A DNA stretch of 50,390 bases, from the IMG/VR virus record IMGVR_UViG_3300020215_000876, positions 1 to 50,390 of that record; one strand, written 5' to 3'. Below the pieces are notes generated by a model that searched no databases, was not told the DNA's origin, and saw only the letters and a list, made by a program, of their open reading frames with translations. A program made the translations under genes and the position numbers. Each line of letters starts with the position of its first letter. Within the stretch, counting starts at the first letter, position 1. This document shows positions 1 to 8,178 of this stretch, in pieces. The DNA is from a virus (Duplodnaviria; Caudoviricetes).

Positions 1-594
1 TCAGCCATGACGTTTTACTCCAGCGGTGGCCTCGGCCTCGCTATTCGTGAGCCGTTCGGTGAGTTGCGTCCGCGCGCGATGCAGTCGCGAGCGCACCGTC
101 CCGACCGGTATGTTCAAGATCCGCGACGCATCGTCGTAGGTCAACCCCTGCAAATCACACAAGATCAGCACCTCTCTGTATCTTGACGAGAGCCGGCGGA
201 TGAATCGTCGAACACGTGCGACCGTTTCAGACTGCATCATGGCATTCGACGGGTCATCGATGATCAGATCGCGCTCTCGTGGTTCGTCCAGCGTCACGAA
301 CCGCCGATCCTTGCGAAGATGCCGCCGGCTCAGGTTGCGCGCAATCGCAAACAGGTAAGTGGCCAGCGACCCGCGCTCCGGATCGAAACGCCGCAGCTCA
401 CGCAACAACGCGAGGAACGTTTCCTGCGTGATGTCCTCCGCCGCGGCCACCGAGCCGGTCATGGCGCGCGCGAACCGGAACACCGGCGCGTGGTGTCGCT
501 GATAGATCTCGCGGAACGCGTCCCGCCGGCCGGCAATCGCGTGTCGGACGAGAGCGTCGTCCGCGATTGCCGTGCCATCGATGATGTCCGTCAT
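1..594 (-). CDS. ECF (sigma-70 family) RNA polymerase sigma factor, host gene
   Basis: Region 2 (AEDITQETFL...FDPERGSLATYLFAIARN) and region 4.2 (LTYDDASRILNIPVGTVRSRLHRAR). Start taken at ATG 594; GTG at 642 or 648 is also possible. Confidence 0.92.
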   Translation of the reverse strand: MTDIIDGTAIADDALVRHAIAGRRDAFREIYQRHHAPVFRFARAMTGSVAAAEDITQETFLALLRELRRFDPERGSLATYLFAIARNLSRRHLRKDRRFVTLDEPRERDLIIDDPSNAMMQSETVARVRRFIRRLSSRYREVLILCDLQGLTYDDASRILNIPVGTVRSRLHRARTQLTERLTNSEAEATAGVKRHG

Positions 595-694
595 CGATCG
601 ATCGACGACCAGCGCAAAGTTGCCGGCTTTCCCTGTGGCCACGTGCACAGTTGGACTGCGCCACCGGCGCGTTGGCCGGTGACGCAGACCGTGT

Positions 695-919
695 TCAGCC
701 TTTCTTCCCCTTCGTGCCGCCGCCGTTCGGCTTCTGTCCGCCGCCGCGCAGGCCGGGTGTGCCGTCAGGCTTCTGTCCTTGCGGCGGCTGCGCGCCCGGC
801 TTGACCTTGATCGGCTTGGTCGCTCCTGGCGGCGGCGCCTGCGACCGCGTCTGCGCCAGCACGATACTCGGCATGGCCAGCGCCAGCACACACACGCCGG
901 CAACAAGTGCTCTCTTCAT
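695..919 (-). CDS. Small secreted Pro/Gly/Lys-rich protein, host gene
   Basis: MKRALVAGVCVLALAMPSIVLA-Q is a typical signal peptide followed by a low-complexity mature part. Confidence 0.65.
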   Translation of the reverse strand: MKRALVAGVCVLALAMPSIVLAQTRSQAPPPGATKPIKVKPGAQPPQGQKPDGTPGLRGGGQKPNGGGTKGKKG

Positions 920-1070
920 CACTCGGGTCTCCTCTCGTTGCGCCATCGGCGCCCAATGCGTCGACGTCGCGTTCACTGGGGATTGCCAGCAGCGGCGAGA
1001 GAAGTTCCGTTTTTTTGTGGAGTCGGTGTGCGGCGGGGCAGTTCACGCGGGCGGAGACGCGTAGACCGTA

Positions 1071-1079
1071 TGCTAGAAT
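1071..1079 (+). promoter_or_regulatory. Extended -10 promoter of the tRNA gene
   Basis: TGcTAGAAT about 20 nt upstream of the tRNA 5' end. Confidence 0.6.
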
Positions 1080-1099
1080 CGATTGTTTCCCGCCTCTGT

Positions 1100-1175
1100 G
1101 TCCCCGTCGTCCAGAGGCCTAGGACGTGGCCCTTTCAAGGCTAAAACACGGGTTCGAATCCCGTCGGGGACGCCA
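1100..1175 (+). tRNA. tRNA-Glu (anticodon TTC), prophage attachment site
   Basis: Acceptor stem GTCCCCG/CGGGGAC, D arm GTCC/GGAC, anticodon arm TGGCC-CTTTCAA-GGCTA, T arm GGTTCGAATCC and encoded CCA; 76 nt. Confidence 0.97.
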
Positions 1176-2802
1176 ACGCCTTAGGTGCGAGAGCGTTAAT
1201 CAAAATGCCGCTAGCCGTCAGCGGCAGGCGCACGTCATACGTGCCACGCGCCTCTGGCGTAACAACAATTTTGGCAGACAACACGCCCTCAAGAATCGGC
1301 TTCGCCGCGGTCGGATTCGCGGTGAGCTCGTGCCGCCAATACTGGACTCGTTCGCGCACCAGTCGCTCGATCTCGGCGATGGTCCGATCCGGTGCGGTGG
1401 CGTCCATCAGCCTTGTCAGCGCATCGCGCTGGGACTTGATCGCTTTGAGACGCGTTACCACCGCCGGCAGATCACCCACGCCAGCCACTTGCAGGTCGAC
1501 TAGGCGTGCCGCCTCGATGTCGAGCGCCTTCAGCGTCAGCGCGGCGGTCTCCGTCGCTTGATCGCGCGTGGTGGCGGCCTCGTGCAGCGTTTGCGTGGCG
1601 AGATGGATCGCCATTTCCACGACGGCAGGCGCGAGCAGCCGATCGCGGATCGCGTTCAACACCAGCTCATTTAGTGGCGCCAGCGGCGCCTCGGTGTTAT
1701 TGGTGCACACGCTCTTGCCGCGCGTCATGTAGTTCCAGCAGGCCAAGCCCGGCACGCGACCGCGACCCTTGCGGCTATTTGTGCGCACCACCAGCGACCC
1801 GTGACACTGACCGCACTCGACGAATCCAGTCAGCAAATATTTCGACGGTTTCGCGACGGGGCGACCATGGCGCGCGCCCCCGGTGGCGCCGAGATATGCC
1901 GTCCTCCGGCGCGCGAGGCTGGCATGGGCCGCCTGCCATGCGTCGTCAGACACAATGCGCAGATGATCCGCCGGCTGACGGATCCATTCCGACTCAGCGC
2001 GTTGCCGCTGCCGTTTGCGGCCCCAGTCATCTCGTTTCTTGGATTGATTCCAAACAATGACGCCGCGGTAGAGCTCGCGATACAGAACCTCGCGCACCGT
2101 CGATGGGGTCCAACCTCTAGGACGCCCCAGTTGCGGGCGTGGGGAAGGCGTGAGGGCGTCATTCAATCGGACGGCGATTGCGCGTAGACCGAGACCAGCG
2201 TTCGCAAGTTCGAAGACGCGCCGCACGATCGCGGCCTCCGGCTCGTTGATGCGCCGCTCGACATGCGAGCGCTGCCCTGTGGGCAGCGTAATCGTGATGT
2301 TGTCGTAACCAAAGACGCGGCCGCCGGTCACGTGCCCTGCCTTGGCTTTGCGAGAGAGGGCGTCATAGGTCCGCTGCCTAGCGCGCTCGCGCTCGAGTTC
2401 GTCAGCGAACGCCGCGACGGACATCAAAAGCTTGTCGGTCGGCCCTTGCAGTAACCGCTCGCGGTCTTCGAGATAGAAGAAGACGCGCACGCCGGCGGTG
2501 ACGATCTGCTTCAAGGCATACGCGGTCTCAATGGCTTCACGACCCAGTCGCGATTCCTCGGACATGATCAGCGCATCGAAAAGGGGCCGAGGCGACAGCG
2601 CATTCATCAGCCGGATGAAGCCCGGGCGTTTCGCGAATTCTGCCCCGGATACCTCATCGTGGAACACGCAGTCCTCAACGACGACCCAGCCCTTGCGCGC
2701 AGCGTAGGCACGCGCCTGCTCGATCTGGCGAGTACACGACTTCTGTTCTTCCGCGACGCTCTCCTGCGATGTTGACTTGCGGGCGTAGATGGCAGCACGC
2801 AT
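1141..2802 (-). CDS. int: Large serine recombinase (integrase)
   Basis: YARKS catalytic Ser, SRLGR motif, recombinase domain (FGYD...YRGVIVWN), Zn ribbon (CGQC...C...C) and coiled coil. Confidence 0.95.
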   Translation of the reverse strand: MRAAIYARKSTSQESVAEEQKSCTRQIEQARAYAARKGWVVVEDCVFHDEVSGAEFAKRPGFIRLMNALSPRPLFDALIMSEESRLGREAIETAYALKQIVTAGVRVFFYLEDRERLLQGPTDKLLMSVAAFADELERERARQRTYDALSRKAKAGHVTGGRVFGYDNITITLPTGQRSHVERRINEPEAAIVRRVFELANAGLGLRAIAVRLNDALTPSPRPQLGRPRGWTPSTVREVLYRELYRGVIVWNQSKKRDDWGRKRQRQRAESEWIRQPADHLRIVSDDAWQAAHASLARRRTAYLGATGGARHGRPVAKPSKYLLTGFVECGQCHGSLVVRTNSRKGRGRVPGLACWNYMTRGKSVCTNNTEAPLAPLNELVLNAIRDRLLAPAVVEMAIHLATQTLHEAATTRDQATETAALTLKALDIEAARLVDLQVAGVGDLPAVVTRLKAIKSQRDALTRLMDATAPDRTIAEIERLVRERVQYWRHELTANPTAAKPILEGVLSAKIVVTPEARGTYDVRLPLTASGILINALAPKALASPTGFEPVF

Positions 2803-2889
2803 GACGGTCAGCCTGGATCAGATCGACGGCCGCCGTCTACCCGAGACAGGTGATGCCGTTGCGATTGCCCACCAAAGGCAGACCGCCGC

Positions 2890-3177
2890 TTAGGCATCGT
2901 GGAAACCATTGCTTATGAATGTGGCTGATTCCGGATGGCGCCCACGTGGCATCGGTTGGCGATTCGAGCTATTGATCAGGATTCGCAGCTGTCGTTCCTG
3001 AAATGGCAATAACGCCTCGTTTCCGGTCTCGAGGATCCAGATCGGCAGTGACTCGCCGCGAGCCGGATAGATGTCGCCGTCCGCAAATGAACGTCTACCA
3101 GGGTAGTTGACATCGACGTCAACAACGGCGGTTTGGGTACCGTCGAGCGTGGTCAGGTTTATATTCTTGAGGATCAT
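2890..3177 (-). CDS. Hypothetical protein
   Basis: 95-aa ORF with GAGGGG SD before ATG 3177; co-oriented with int. Confidence 0.55.
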   Translation of the reverse strand: MILKNINLTTLDGTQTAVVDVDVNYPGRRSFADGDIYPARGESLPIWILETGNEALLPFQERQLRILINSSNRQPMPRGRHPESATFISNGFHDA

Positions 3178-3204
3178 TGCCCCCTCGCCTTTATTCCACG
3201 TCAA

Positions 3205-3567
3205 CTAGTGCCGTTTCCACTCTCCATTAAGGGCGCACTCAAAACGCTGATAGAACGCGGGCGCTGTCATACCTGACGGCGGTCTCTGCTCGTTCGCAAC
3301 GAGGCCGGCCGCTGCCATAGCTACCCAGCGTATTTCGCCGCTTTCTGCTTCGAACACAGCGTACGCGGCTGCGCCCGCCGCGCCACCATTGGCACCCGGC
3401 AGCAACGAGACCAGGCGGCCGTAGCTCTTGGGAATGTTGCAACCCGGCAGAATCACATCGGTGGTTGGGGTCTGCGCGATAACAGGTGCGCCGAACCAAT
3501 ACACGCCGGTCGCCATCGTAAAGACAATAGTCACAAACCCCGCGACGACGATCGCTGTACGCTTCAT
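3205..3567 (-). CDS. Exported or membrane-anchored hypothetical protein
   Basis: N-terminal hydrophobic signal/TM segment, two Cys, GGAG SD. Confidence 0.7.
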   Translation of the reverse strand: MKRTAIVVAGFVTIVFTMATGVYWFGAPVIAQTPTTDVILPGCNIPKSYGRLVSLLPGANGGAAGAAAYAVFEAESGEIRWVAMAAAGLVANEQRPPSGMTAPAFYQRFECALNGEWKRH

Positions 3568-3633
3568 GAATCACTCCTCTCGAAAGGCGGATTGACGAAC
3601 ACTACATTGACGACACGCGGCCAGCGTGATTCC

Positions 3634-3879
3634 TCACGGTTCCCGGGTCACGATGTTATCGACGCGTTCCATTTGCCCGGACGAGCCATCCCAAACGAAG
3701 ATGCGCCCGCCGGTGTTGTCGACCGTGACGCGCGCGATCTCCTCTGCGCTGATGCGGCCTTCTGGCCGCCAGTATTTGATGTCAAACGGATCCTCGCCTT
3801 CGTCACGGACAACGGCGACAAGTCGCACGGTAACGTTGGGCTTGTGGCAGATGATGACGTCTCCAGGTGCGGTTTTCAT
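3634..3879 (-). CDS. Hypothetical protein
   Basis: 81-aa protein-like ORF (MKTAPGDVIICHKP...) filling the gap, divergent from the DUF5131 gene. Confidence 0.55.
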   Translation of the reverse strand: MKTAPGDVIICHKPNVTVRLVAVVRDEGEDPFDIKYWRPEGRISAEEIARVTVDNTGGRIFVWDGSSGQMERVDNIVTREP

Positions 3880-3932
3880 AGTGGTTTGATCACCATGGCA
3901 CACAAGCCTGACACGGTAGGTCACTGCGCGTT

Positions 3933-3961
3933 TTGGCGACAGATCCGCTCCGTGGTACTCT
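3933..3961 (+). promoter_or_regulatory. Sigma-70-like promoter, probably giving a leaderless DUF5131 mRNA
   Basis: TTGGCG-17 bp-TACTCT with an extended TG, 6 nt before ATG 3968; no SD. Confidence 0.55.
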
Positions 3962-3967
3962 CGTCGC

Positions 3968-4786
3968 ATGGCCGACAAATCCGCGATCGAATGGACTGAA
4001 TCGACGTGGAACCCAGTCACCGGCTGCACAAAGGTGTCTCCTGGTTGCGATCTCTGTTACGCCGAACGTGTTGCGCTCCGCTTTCCTAACACCTTTCCTA
4101 ACGGATTTGACCTTACGTTGAAGGAGCACTTGGTCGACCTGCCTAAGAAATGGAAGGCGCCGCGGATCGTGTTCGTTAATTCGATGTCGGATCTGTTCCA
4201 TAGAGACGTCCCCGACGCTTATATTCAACGCGTGTTCAAAGTGATGGTGGACTGCCCGCAGCACACATTCCAGGTGCTTACGAAACGCGCCGAACGTCTC
4301 GCGCGCCTCGCGCCGAAGTTGCCGTGGCCGTCTAACGTGTGGATGGGAGTCTCGATCGAAAGCAATTCGTTTGCTTGGCGTGCGGACTACTTGCGCACGA
4401 TACCGGCGACCGTGCGATTCATATCTGCAGAGCCGCTGTTGGGATCGCTCTCCGCGCTGAGCTTGACCGGCATTCACTGGCTTATTGCCGGCGGCGAGAG
4501 CCAGTCTGGGGCGCGTCCTGCCAACATCGAATGGTTCCGAGAGCTGCGTCGCGCCTGCGAGGAGTCCAATACGAAGTTCTTCCTGAAACAGCTCGGAGGG
4601 CACCCCTCTAAACGAGGGGGAACCGCTGCGATTCTCGATGGGCGGCTGTGGCATGAGCTACCCGAGAAGATCGAAGAGGCGAGCGGGCTCCGACGCGGGC
4701 CTGTCCAGGAGCGCCTTGCCGAAAAAGTCCAACCCGCGAGGGTGCTTCGCCGCAAGTATCGGCCGATACATCGACTTCCCGCGTGA
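3968..4786 (+). CDS. Phage Gp37/Gp68 family (DUF5131) radical-SAM-like three-Cys protein
   Basis: IEWTESTWNPVTGCTKVSPGCDLCYAE, FVNSMSDLFH, FQVLTKR, FISAEPLLG, WLIAGGES, FFLKQLGG. Confidence 0.93.
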   Translation: MADKSAIEWTESTWNPVTGCTKVSPGCDLCYAERVALRFPNTFPNGFDLTLKEHLVDLPKKWKAPRIVFVNSMSDLFHRDVPDAYIQRVFKVMVDCPQHTFQVLTKRAERLARLAPKLPWPSNVWMGVSIESNSFAWRADYLRTIPATVRFISAEPLLGSLSALSLTGIHWLIAGGESQSGARPANIEWFRELRRACEESNTKFFLKQLGGHPSKRGGTAAILDGRLWHELPEKIEEASGLRRGPVQERLAEKVQPARVLRRKYRPIHRLPA

Positions 4787-5503
4787 ATTGGTCATGGGCA
4801 ATCTACTGACGGCTGTTAGGTAGCCCAGGGTGGCCAGTTGCTCTTGATATAGCCGCCTCAGGCCAACGAGAGCCTGTGCAGGTCTCCGGCTGCGCGTAAT
4901 CGTTTGCCACGCGTCCGTACCAAAAAACCGTGTCCATCGATCCGCTTCGTCTCCTCCGCGCGGCGCGATGGTCGCATTCCGCCGAAGATCGTATTCCGGA
5001 AAACTGAACCACAGATCGATGCTGCGGTTGATACTCAGCGCACGAATGGTATCGAACGCGATCTCTTGCCCAAGCAAATCCACGAATGCCAACGATAAGG
5101 AACCATCGGTGACGTCCCTGATGCGCTGAATGACCGCGCTGCTATTGCTGTCGCCGGGAATGACCGTCGCCGAATTGGCGCGCGGCGCCTTCGCGACGCG
5201 TTGCTCGAGTGCATCGCGCAGCGCGTCGTCACTTTCAATAAACAAAGCGCGAGTCCAAGGCTGCCGTGTCTGCAGTGCACGCAGCGGAGAGCCAATAAAC
5301 TCCGACCCGTCGCTTCGATCGATACAGATCCCTGGACCGGCCATCAGGTCAACGAACACTAACCCGCTCCACTTGGAGGCCATCGAAGCGGTGACCATGT
5401 TCATGTATCGATCCAGATACCGAAGCTTCTCACGAGCCCACGGACCTGAACTGCGCGCGCGCAGACGATCCGAGCCGAAAACGGGCTTTGATCGTGCTGC
5501 CAT
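4658..5503 (-). CDS. tcmP: Three-Cys-motif partner protein TcmP (methyltransferase-like)
   Basis: GPWAREKLRYLDRY, VDLMAGPG SAM-binding-like motif, GSPLRAL, WTRFFGT; adjacent to DUF5131. Confidence 0.85.
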   Translation of the reverse strand: MAARSKPVFGSDRLRARSSGPWAREKLRYLDRYMNMVTASMASKWSGLVFVDLMAGPGICIDRSDGSEFIGSPLRALQTRQPWTRALFIESDDALRDALEQRVAKAPRANSATVIPGDSNSSAVIQRIRDVTDGSLSLAFVDLLGQEIAFDTIRALSINRSIDLWFSFPEYDLRRNATIAPRGGDEADRWTRFFGTDAWQTITRSRRPAQALVGLRRLYQEQLATLGYLTAVSRLPMTNSRGKSMYRPILAAKHPRGLDFFGKALLDRPASEPARLFDLLG

Positions 5504-5508
5504 GAGCG

Positions 5509-6246
5509 CTACCTATCTCGTCGCGCGCGCCGGGCGGGCCGAATCCACAAGATAGGATGCATCGTTCCGATCTCGTTCTTTTTCACGAATCGTGCAGGGT
5601 AGGCTCGGTTCTCGCTTTCAAGGATCCATCCGCCCGGCGCACGTCGCGCGATCTTCAGTAGACGTTCGCCGCTAAGGAGCGCGACGTACACCTCGTCGCC
5701 ATCCTCAACGTCGGTGTTGGGCGAGACGACGACGGTTTCACCTGGCCTGTAGCGCGGGACCATGGAGTCACCCCGCACCTTGACGCCATACGCCAGCGGA
5801 TCGCGTACATCGAATGGCCGCGAGATCCGATCTTCAACGTCGGAGCGCAATCCCGCTTCATCCCAAAACAGGTTCGGTTGGGGCGACGCTTCGCCCTCGC
5901 CGATCACCGGGATGTCATTGCGCTTGTAACCAGTGGTGACGTCGATGTCGAGTTCTTCAGCCTCTTGGCCATCCTGGACAGATGGTTTTGGCCCGAAGAC
6001 TCGACGCACGGTTTCGTAGCCCTCGTTCACCCCTTGGAGCAATCGGTCGACTGGAATGTTCAGGAAGGTGGCGATTTTCAGTAGCGTGTCGACGCTCGGC
6101 TGGTAAGTGTCCGTTTCCCATTCACTAATGCGGGAGGCATCGACACCCATTGCTGCAGCGAAGGCTTTGCCAGTCAGGTAGCCCGCTTCGATTCTTGCGC
6201 TTCGGATGTTCTCCCCGATGGTCGGCAAAACACAGCCAGTCTCCAC
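5509..6246 (-). CDS. cI: CI-like repressor (HTH_XRE plus S24 peptidase)
   Basis: N-terminal HTH (FAAAMGVDASRISEWE), VRGDSM catalytic Ser and LLKI catalytic Lys. Confidence 0.93.
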   Translation of the reverse strand: METGCVLPTIGENIRSARIEAGYLTGKAFAAAMGVDASRISEWETDTYQPSVDTLLKIATFLNIPVDRLLQGVNEGYETVRRVFGPKPSVQDGQEAEELDIDVTTGYKRNDIPVIGEGEASPQPNLFWDEAGLRSDVEDRISRPFDVRDPLAYGVKVRGDSMVPRYRPGETVVVSPNTDVEDGDEVYVALLSGERLLKIARRAPGGWILESENRAYPARFVKKNEIGTMHPILWIRPARRARRDR

Positions 6247-6375
6247 TTACGCCCGGCCGTAATCCAGCCAATTGCGACATACCGTAAAATTGCGCTTGAC
6301 AGTAATTACGTCATATCGCAATAATTCCGACATGCTCGAACAGAGACAGATAACGAAATTGCGGAATAGCGCAAT
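6246..6375. promoter_or_regulatory. Four 18-bp palindromic operators, consensus ATTRCG-N6-CGYAAT
   Basis: 6246 CTTACG-cccggc-CGTAAT; 6271 ATTGCG-acatac-CGTAAA; 6305 ATTACG-tcatat-CGCAAT; 6358 ATTGCG-gaatag-CGCAAT. Confidence 0.8.
6296..6325 (+). promoter_or_regulatory. Rightward lytic promoter (PR-like)
   Basis: TTGACA-18 bp-AATAAT, overlapped by the third operator; predicted +1 falls at the cro ATG 6332. Confidence 0.7.
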
Positions 6376-6583
6376 TGACGACGCGCCCAATAGGGTTCGG
6401 GCCGCGATCGAACTGTCCGGCAAGACGCAGCGGGAGGTCGCAGAGGCGCTCGAGATGACGGCGCCATATCTCAATGACATCTGCAACGGGCGTGTGCCGG
6501 ACCCGAAGCGGTCGACCATGCAGAGGCTCGCCAATTACTTCGGCTGCTCAATGGACGACCTGTTCCCCTCGAGGGCTGCGTGA
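6332..6583 (+). CDS. cro: Cro-like HTH regulator
   Basis: TQREVAEALEMTAPYLNDICNGR HTH; divergent from cI. Confidence 0.88.
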   Translation: MLEQRQITKLRNSAIDDAPNRVRAAIELSGKTQREVAEALEMTAPYLNDICNGRVPDPKRSTMQRLANYFGCSMDDLFPSRAA

Positions 6584-6744
6584 TGCGCGCCACCACGAAC
6601 GACGTGATGGCGGCTATGGAGGGTTTCCCGGGCGGGTGGCGGCAAGGACCGAAACAGCATGCAGTTGATGTTCGCTGCAAGCTCCGCCGCGTGTCATCCC
6701 GCGTCCCAAGCGAAACAACGGGCGAAGGGCGTGCGGCATGCTGA
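6583..6744 (+). CDS. Small hypothetical protein (53 aa)
   Basis: TGATG coupling to cro and overlap with the next start codon. Confidence 0.45.
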   Translation: MRATTNDVMAAMEGFPGGWRQGPKQHAVDVRCKLRRVSSRVPSETTGEGRAAC

Positions 6745-7220
6745 ATTCGCCTAGCGCGTGCAAGAACGGCCATCCCTGCGACATCAGCGGCATCAAGGAA
6801 GCGATCAGCTGCGGCGCGCAGCATGACCCAGACCGCGGTTCGCAGGTCGACGTCATCGCCGCCGCACTGGACATCAAGCCCGGCACCTTCCGCGACGGCA
6901 CGAATCCCAATGAACCAGATTGGCTGTCGCTGAAGCATCTGGACACGGTCGCCACTTTCACCGCGAATCATCCGGTGATCGCGCGCCACTTCGCCAAGTT
7001 GCAGGGCGGCTTTTTTTACAAGGTCAATCCCGCGACGGTATCCGAGCAAGCCACGGCAAAAACGATCGTCGAATTCGGCGAGTTCCTTCAGGCATTACCA
7101 GCCGGAAAGATCACGCCGCAGATTGCCGCGCGTGTCGAAAAAGAAGGCGCAGAGGCGATGGCGATGATCAAGGCCGTGATCGACGCGGTGACGCTGCGCG
7201 CCGCAGTGGAGGGGCAGTGA
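6738..7220 (+). CDS. CII-like phage regulatory protein
   Basis: Position after cro; IAAALDIKPGTFRDGTNPN HTH-like segment and helical C-terminus. Confidence 0.6.
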   Translation: MLNSPSACKNGHPCDISGIKEAISCGAQHDPDRGSQVDVIAAALDIKPGTFRDGTNPNEPDWLSLKHLDTVATFTANHPVIARHFAKLQGGFFYKVNPATVSEQATAKTIVEFGEFLQALPAGKITPQIAARVEKEGAEAMAMIKAVIDAVTLRAAVEGQ

Positions 7221-7417
7221 CGGATGAAAGCCTCGCTCAACTCTTCGCCAACGTGCTCGTCGAGGGTGTCCGCCGTGTCGAGCGCGAAGCCGGCGACGCT
7301 CACGTCGATCGCGAGCGCGCCGTCATGGTGGATCAATCAGCCGCCGATCGGCTTCACGGCAGCGGCCGCACAGCAGCTCGCGGTGATGGTGCCAGTCGAC
7401 TTCGACGATCTCGATGA
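7217..7417 (+). CDS. Small hypothetical protein
   Basis: GTGA coupling, GGAGG SD. Confidence 0.45.
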   Translation: MTDESLAQLFANVLVEGVRRVEREAGDAHVDRERAVMVDQSAADRLHGSGRTAARGDGASRLRRSR

Positions 7418-7533
7418 GCGGGTGTTTGTGCAACGGCAGCATCTGTTGTCGCTGGCGATCGCGGTGCGCCGGCACCGGCCCACGGTAGGCCTAATGCACG
7501 CCAACGTGGTGAGCAGGAACTGAGGAGAGCGAC

Positions 7534-7728
7534 ATGCGACAGGCATTTGCCGCGGCTTTCGAAGAATGGGACCGCCGGTATCGCGAGAACCCGAAGGGTT
7601 TTATGTCCGATGTGGAACACCTACTCGGCACGACTCCGAAGACCTACGGCGAGGCGTGCTCGGCTTACTTCGAGAAGTTGCTCAACGAGTTGGCGGCTGA
7701 CAAGCCGTGGGACCAGATCGGTAAGTAG
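7534..7728 (+). CDS. Hypothetical protein
   Basis: GAGGAG SD, protein-like composition. Confidence 0.7.
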   Translation: MRQAFAAAFEEWDRRYRENPKGFMSDVEHLLGTTPKTYGEACSAYFEKLLNELAADKPWDQIGK

Positions 7729-7866
7729 AAACACGAAAGGCCGGACTGCTCAGAACAGCCCGGCCCCGGTAGATCGAAACGAAAGGAATGGTTTCGCTTC
7801 ATGGACAGAGTAACGAATTCCGGCAGTGCCCGGCAAGCCCAGCCCGCCTCCCCCAGAGGTCCACGC

Positions 7867-8178
7867 ATGTCTGACCCTCGTGAAGTCCTGCGCCGCAAGC
7901 TGGCGGAACGGTACGCACCGATCGTCGCCGAGTTGGCCTTGAAGGTCGACAAACCCAACCCGGAGATGACGCTGGCAGACCTGCGGTGTGACCGCGCCGC
8001 GGACATCTATCTCGAGAAGGCGATGGACTTTCTGCTCGGCCCCTCGCGCCAGAGTCGGATCAATGAGGTGCAGGCGGCGCAGGCCCACGAACGCGCGTTA
8101 CGGGAGGACGAGGACGAAACCGTCAAGCGGCAGGCGCGTCAGGATGTCATCAAGCACCGCTCCGGGAGGACGCACTGA
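7867..8178 (+). CDS. Hypothetical protein
   Basis: GAGG SD, TGATG coupling to the next gene. Confidence 0.7.
   Translation: MSDPREVLRRKLAERYAPIVAELALKVDKPNPEMTLADLRCDRAADIYLEKAMDFLLGPSRQSRINEVQAAQAHERALREDEDETVKRQARQDVIKHRSGRTH

Noticed and set aside
595-906. N-terminal extension of the 301-aa sigma factor ORF
   Set aside because: Arg-rich and non-protein-like, and overlaps the better 695-919 gene; the sigma domain starts near 594.
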